A stretch of DNA of 36,928 nucleotides from Sphaeroforma arctica JP610. Taxonomy: Eukaryota. Both the position numbers and the translations under genes were made by a program. Positions 35,892 through 36,928 of the stretch are shown piece by piece. The notes under the pieces are model-generated. The model searched no databases, had not been told where the DNA came from, and worked only from the letters and a program-made list of their open reading frames with translations. The stretch covers positions 16,023-52,950 of the forward strand of contig NW_014040434.1 of assembly GCF_001186125.1 (NCBI RefSeq). The letters are read 5' to 3'. Numbering within the stretch: position 1 is the stretch's first letter; each line of letters starts with the position of its first letter.

Positions 35892-36181
35892 CACACACCT
35901 GGGAATGCCCTCCACCACACTTCTGGGCATATACACCGTCAAGTCCGTCACATTGACCAGCACGTAGCAGAACAGAGTCTCGCGCACACTGCGCTGCGTG
36001 TCGTTCATGGTTACAGCCACACTCTGGCTGCACCCAGTCTTCATTCCCCACTTGTCTGTGTCCTGCGACAGGCGGCGTTTGGCCACAGTGGTGTGTCTGG
36101 GTGTGTCTGGGGAAGAAGGCCCTGACGAGTGGCCCATAGACCCTTCGTCACTGGAGGCTTCGTACTTGCGCGTCGGCCGGT
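27089..36181 (-). CDS. USP34: 3' portion of a multi-exon host gene, USP34-like ubiquitin-specific protease (C-terminal non-catalytic region; 5' part probably beyond the window)
   Basis: GT-AG exons with matching phases: 36181-35899, 35230-35053, 34766-34608, 33685-33533, 33195-32726, 31806-31661, 31057-30277, 29413-29189, 28674-28500, 27712-27602, (27495-27471), 27201-27089. The spliced SLLAYFRLL...DYSKLEGLAWWLTVMC...ISFNERLLSVFYRLVRLLCCYSIDFIRVWMGNNNFTWAVENL parallels remembered USP34 sequence (KLVPYF...NKQALLSFWYNVC...FNRGMLPAYYGILRLCCEQSPAFTRQLASHQNIQWAFKNL). The exon structure is more secure than the name. Confidence 0.65.
27602..27712 (-). CDS. Exon of the USP34-like gene
   Basis: cctgcag|VLHTASVPTKTAIATYIESVVSDMLADERSPKATLLQ|gtacgg, 111 nt, phase 0/0. 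Confidence 0.7.
28238..28508. repeat. 87-bp tandem repeat x3
   Basis: Units start near 28238, 28324 and 28411 (actacctctaccattgtttcac...cacatgcactcccacat). Confidence 0.9.
28500..28674 (-). CDS. Exon of the USP34-like gene (donor position uncertain)
   Basis: ccacag|WSSSATPVARSQLCEHVRMESNRQAWEKYILFVLKGGDGYLVNMPVDVLDRFAALVDV|gtatgt. Confidence 0.65.
29189..29413 (-). CDS. Exon of the USP34-like gene
   Basis: gatatag|TTHTPTQLRQLKEYCGMVNQIVLL...HRIWPT|gtaccg, phase 2/2. Confidence 0.7.
30277..31057 (-). CDS. Exon of the USP34-like gene
   Basis: ctacag|GQSKSSPAH...GDLDPP|gtatgt, 781 nt open, GC-rich, phase 1/2. Confidence 0.8.
31661..31806 (-). CDS. Exon of the USP34-like gene
   Basis: acatag|RTSRKGHDN...DEDDLDDFLPP|gtatgc, phase 2/1. 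Confidence 0.7.
31808..31948. repeat. ~61-bp intronic tandem repeat (~2.3 copies)
   Basis: tatgtgtatgtacatgtatgcaagcag...gtgaagtgaatagcataactgt repeated. Confidence 0.8.
32088..32338. repeat. ~76-86-bp intronic tandem repeat x3
   Basis: gctagagatacgcctataacgaggagtattcaatatataca occurs three times. Confidence 0.88.
32726..33195 (-). CDS. Exon of the USP34-like gene
   Basis: gactag|AMTEVLLVVEY...GYAEGAES|gtatga, phase 0/2. Confidence 0.8.
33533..33685 (-). CDS. Exon of the USP34-like gene (most recognisable segment)
   Basis: atgcag|ISFNERLLSVFYRLVRLLCCYSIDFIRVWMGNNNFTWAVENLMTANVVYSK|gtaaca, 153 nt. Confidence 0.85.
34330..34545. repeat. Compound microsatellite (TA)n-(TACA)n
   Basis: Direct inspection. 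Further (TA)n/(CA)n tracts lie at 33353-33432, 35825-35889 and 36885-36922. Confidence 0.98.
34608..34766 (-). CDS. Exon of the USP34-like gene
   Basis: cggcag|LEGLAWWLTVMCEE...FFISLNGTATQ|gtatat, 159 nt. Confidence 0.75.
34790..34952. repeat. ~21-bp degenerate AT-rich minisatellite
   Basis: Variants of aagtattaaaaatatcataca in tandem. Confidence 0.8.
35053..35230 (-). CDS. Exon of the USP34-like gene
   Basis: ttccgtag|ERVQQTLGRSLLAYFRLLAVLY...AETDYSK|gtacgg, phase 2/0. This frame is not in the ORF track. Confidence 0.8.
35899..36181 (-). CDS. Exon of the USP34-like gene
   Basis: catccag|RPTRKYEASSDEGS...TLFCYVLVNVTDLTVYMPRSVVEGIP|gtgtgt, ends in phase 2. Confidence 0.75.
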
Positions 36182-36189
36182 CTGGATGG

Positions 36190-36480
36190 AATGTGTGTAG
36201 TAGGTATATAGGGTTATGGTATGTGCGTGTGTATGAAGTATGTACATGTGTGTATATAGTATATAGAGATATGTGCATGTGTACAAAGTATGTGCATACA
36301 TGTGTATAGTATATAGAAATATGTGTATGTGTAAAAGGAATGTGCATGTATGTGTATAGTACATAGGGTTAGTGTATGTGTATAAAGTATGTGTACACAT
36401 GTGTATAGTATATAGAGTTATGTGCATGTCTTTAAAGAGTGTGCATATATGTGTATAGTATATAGAGTTATAGTGTGTGC
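36190..36480. repeat. Degenerate ~50-bp intronic minisatellite
   Basis: Recurring atgtgtatagtatatagag units. Confidence 0.7.
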
Positions 36481-36928
36481 GCATACGTATACGTGGGTTT
36501 GTAGAACAATGGGCACTCGCAAGCAAAACGGCATACCGGCACAAACACCACATACACTTCAGTATACGAACACAACATATTAGCTCCAGGAAATCAGCAC
36601 CATCAGACCGAGGAAGTGAATGATGGTGTGAGTGTCTGTGTGACTACAAGCTCGTGTTGATACTAACAACAGGGTGTATATGAGTGTAATCCAGGATGCA
36701 AACAAGCATCTGCTCTAAGCACAGGTCAGTGCCCCATCCACAGAGATGCCGCTGCAGGGTGTGCATGCGCAACCATCAACGGCGAAAGTCATTGGGCTGT
36801 GTGGAGGTACGTTGAATGCTCTGCCGCAAACAAACATATCCACCGCTCCTGAGCATATATAGTTAAGCGAGTCTACTATGCTCAATACACACACACACAC
36901 ACACATACTTACATACATACATGCATGC

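Noticed and set aside
36490..36880. Further upstream exons of the USP34-like gene
   Set aside because: No frame with convincing splice sites and similarity could be fixed by eye.

Overview
Eukaryotic genomic DNA with spliceosomal introns, (TA)n/(TACA)n microsatellites and one 20-N gap. The style suggests a unicellular opisthokont such as an ichthyosporean, but that is a guess. The left ~26 kb is a nest of decayed transposons. (1) A pseudogenised Mutator-like DDE transposase with a DUF6729-like N-terminus and an embedded DEDDy 3'-5' exonuclease: N-half on + (2521-3077 and 10952-13544), C-half on - (13698-15092). (2) A Ty3/Gypsy LTR element on - (3078-10947, TSD TCAG) inserted into that gene. 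Its 3' LTR holds a nested solo LTR of the same family and an ~850-bp LINE-like fragment, and its integrase core is deleted. (3) A second, 5'-truncated Ty3/Gypsy element on + (~15093-23024) with an ~130-aa insert in RNase H and a tandemly duplicated PPT+LTR. (4) Abutting Copia RNase H and DIRS/Ngaro RT relics on - (24760-25700). The right ~10 kb holds the phase-compatible 3' exons of a minus-strand host gene resembling the C-terminal region of USP34 (36181 to 27089), with introns full of duplicated splice-junction segments. The best candidate for an uncharacterised system is the exonuclease-carrying Mutator-like transposase. All family assignments come from manual translation and remembered motifs; no searches were run.
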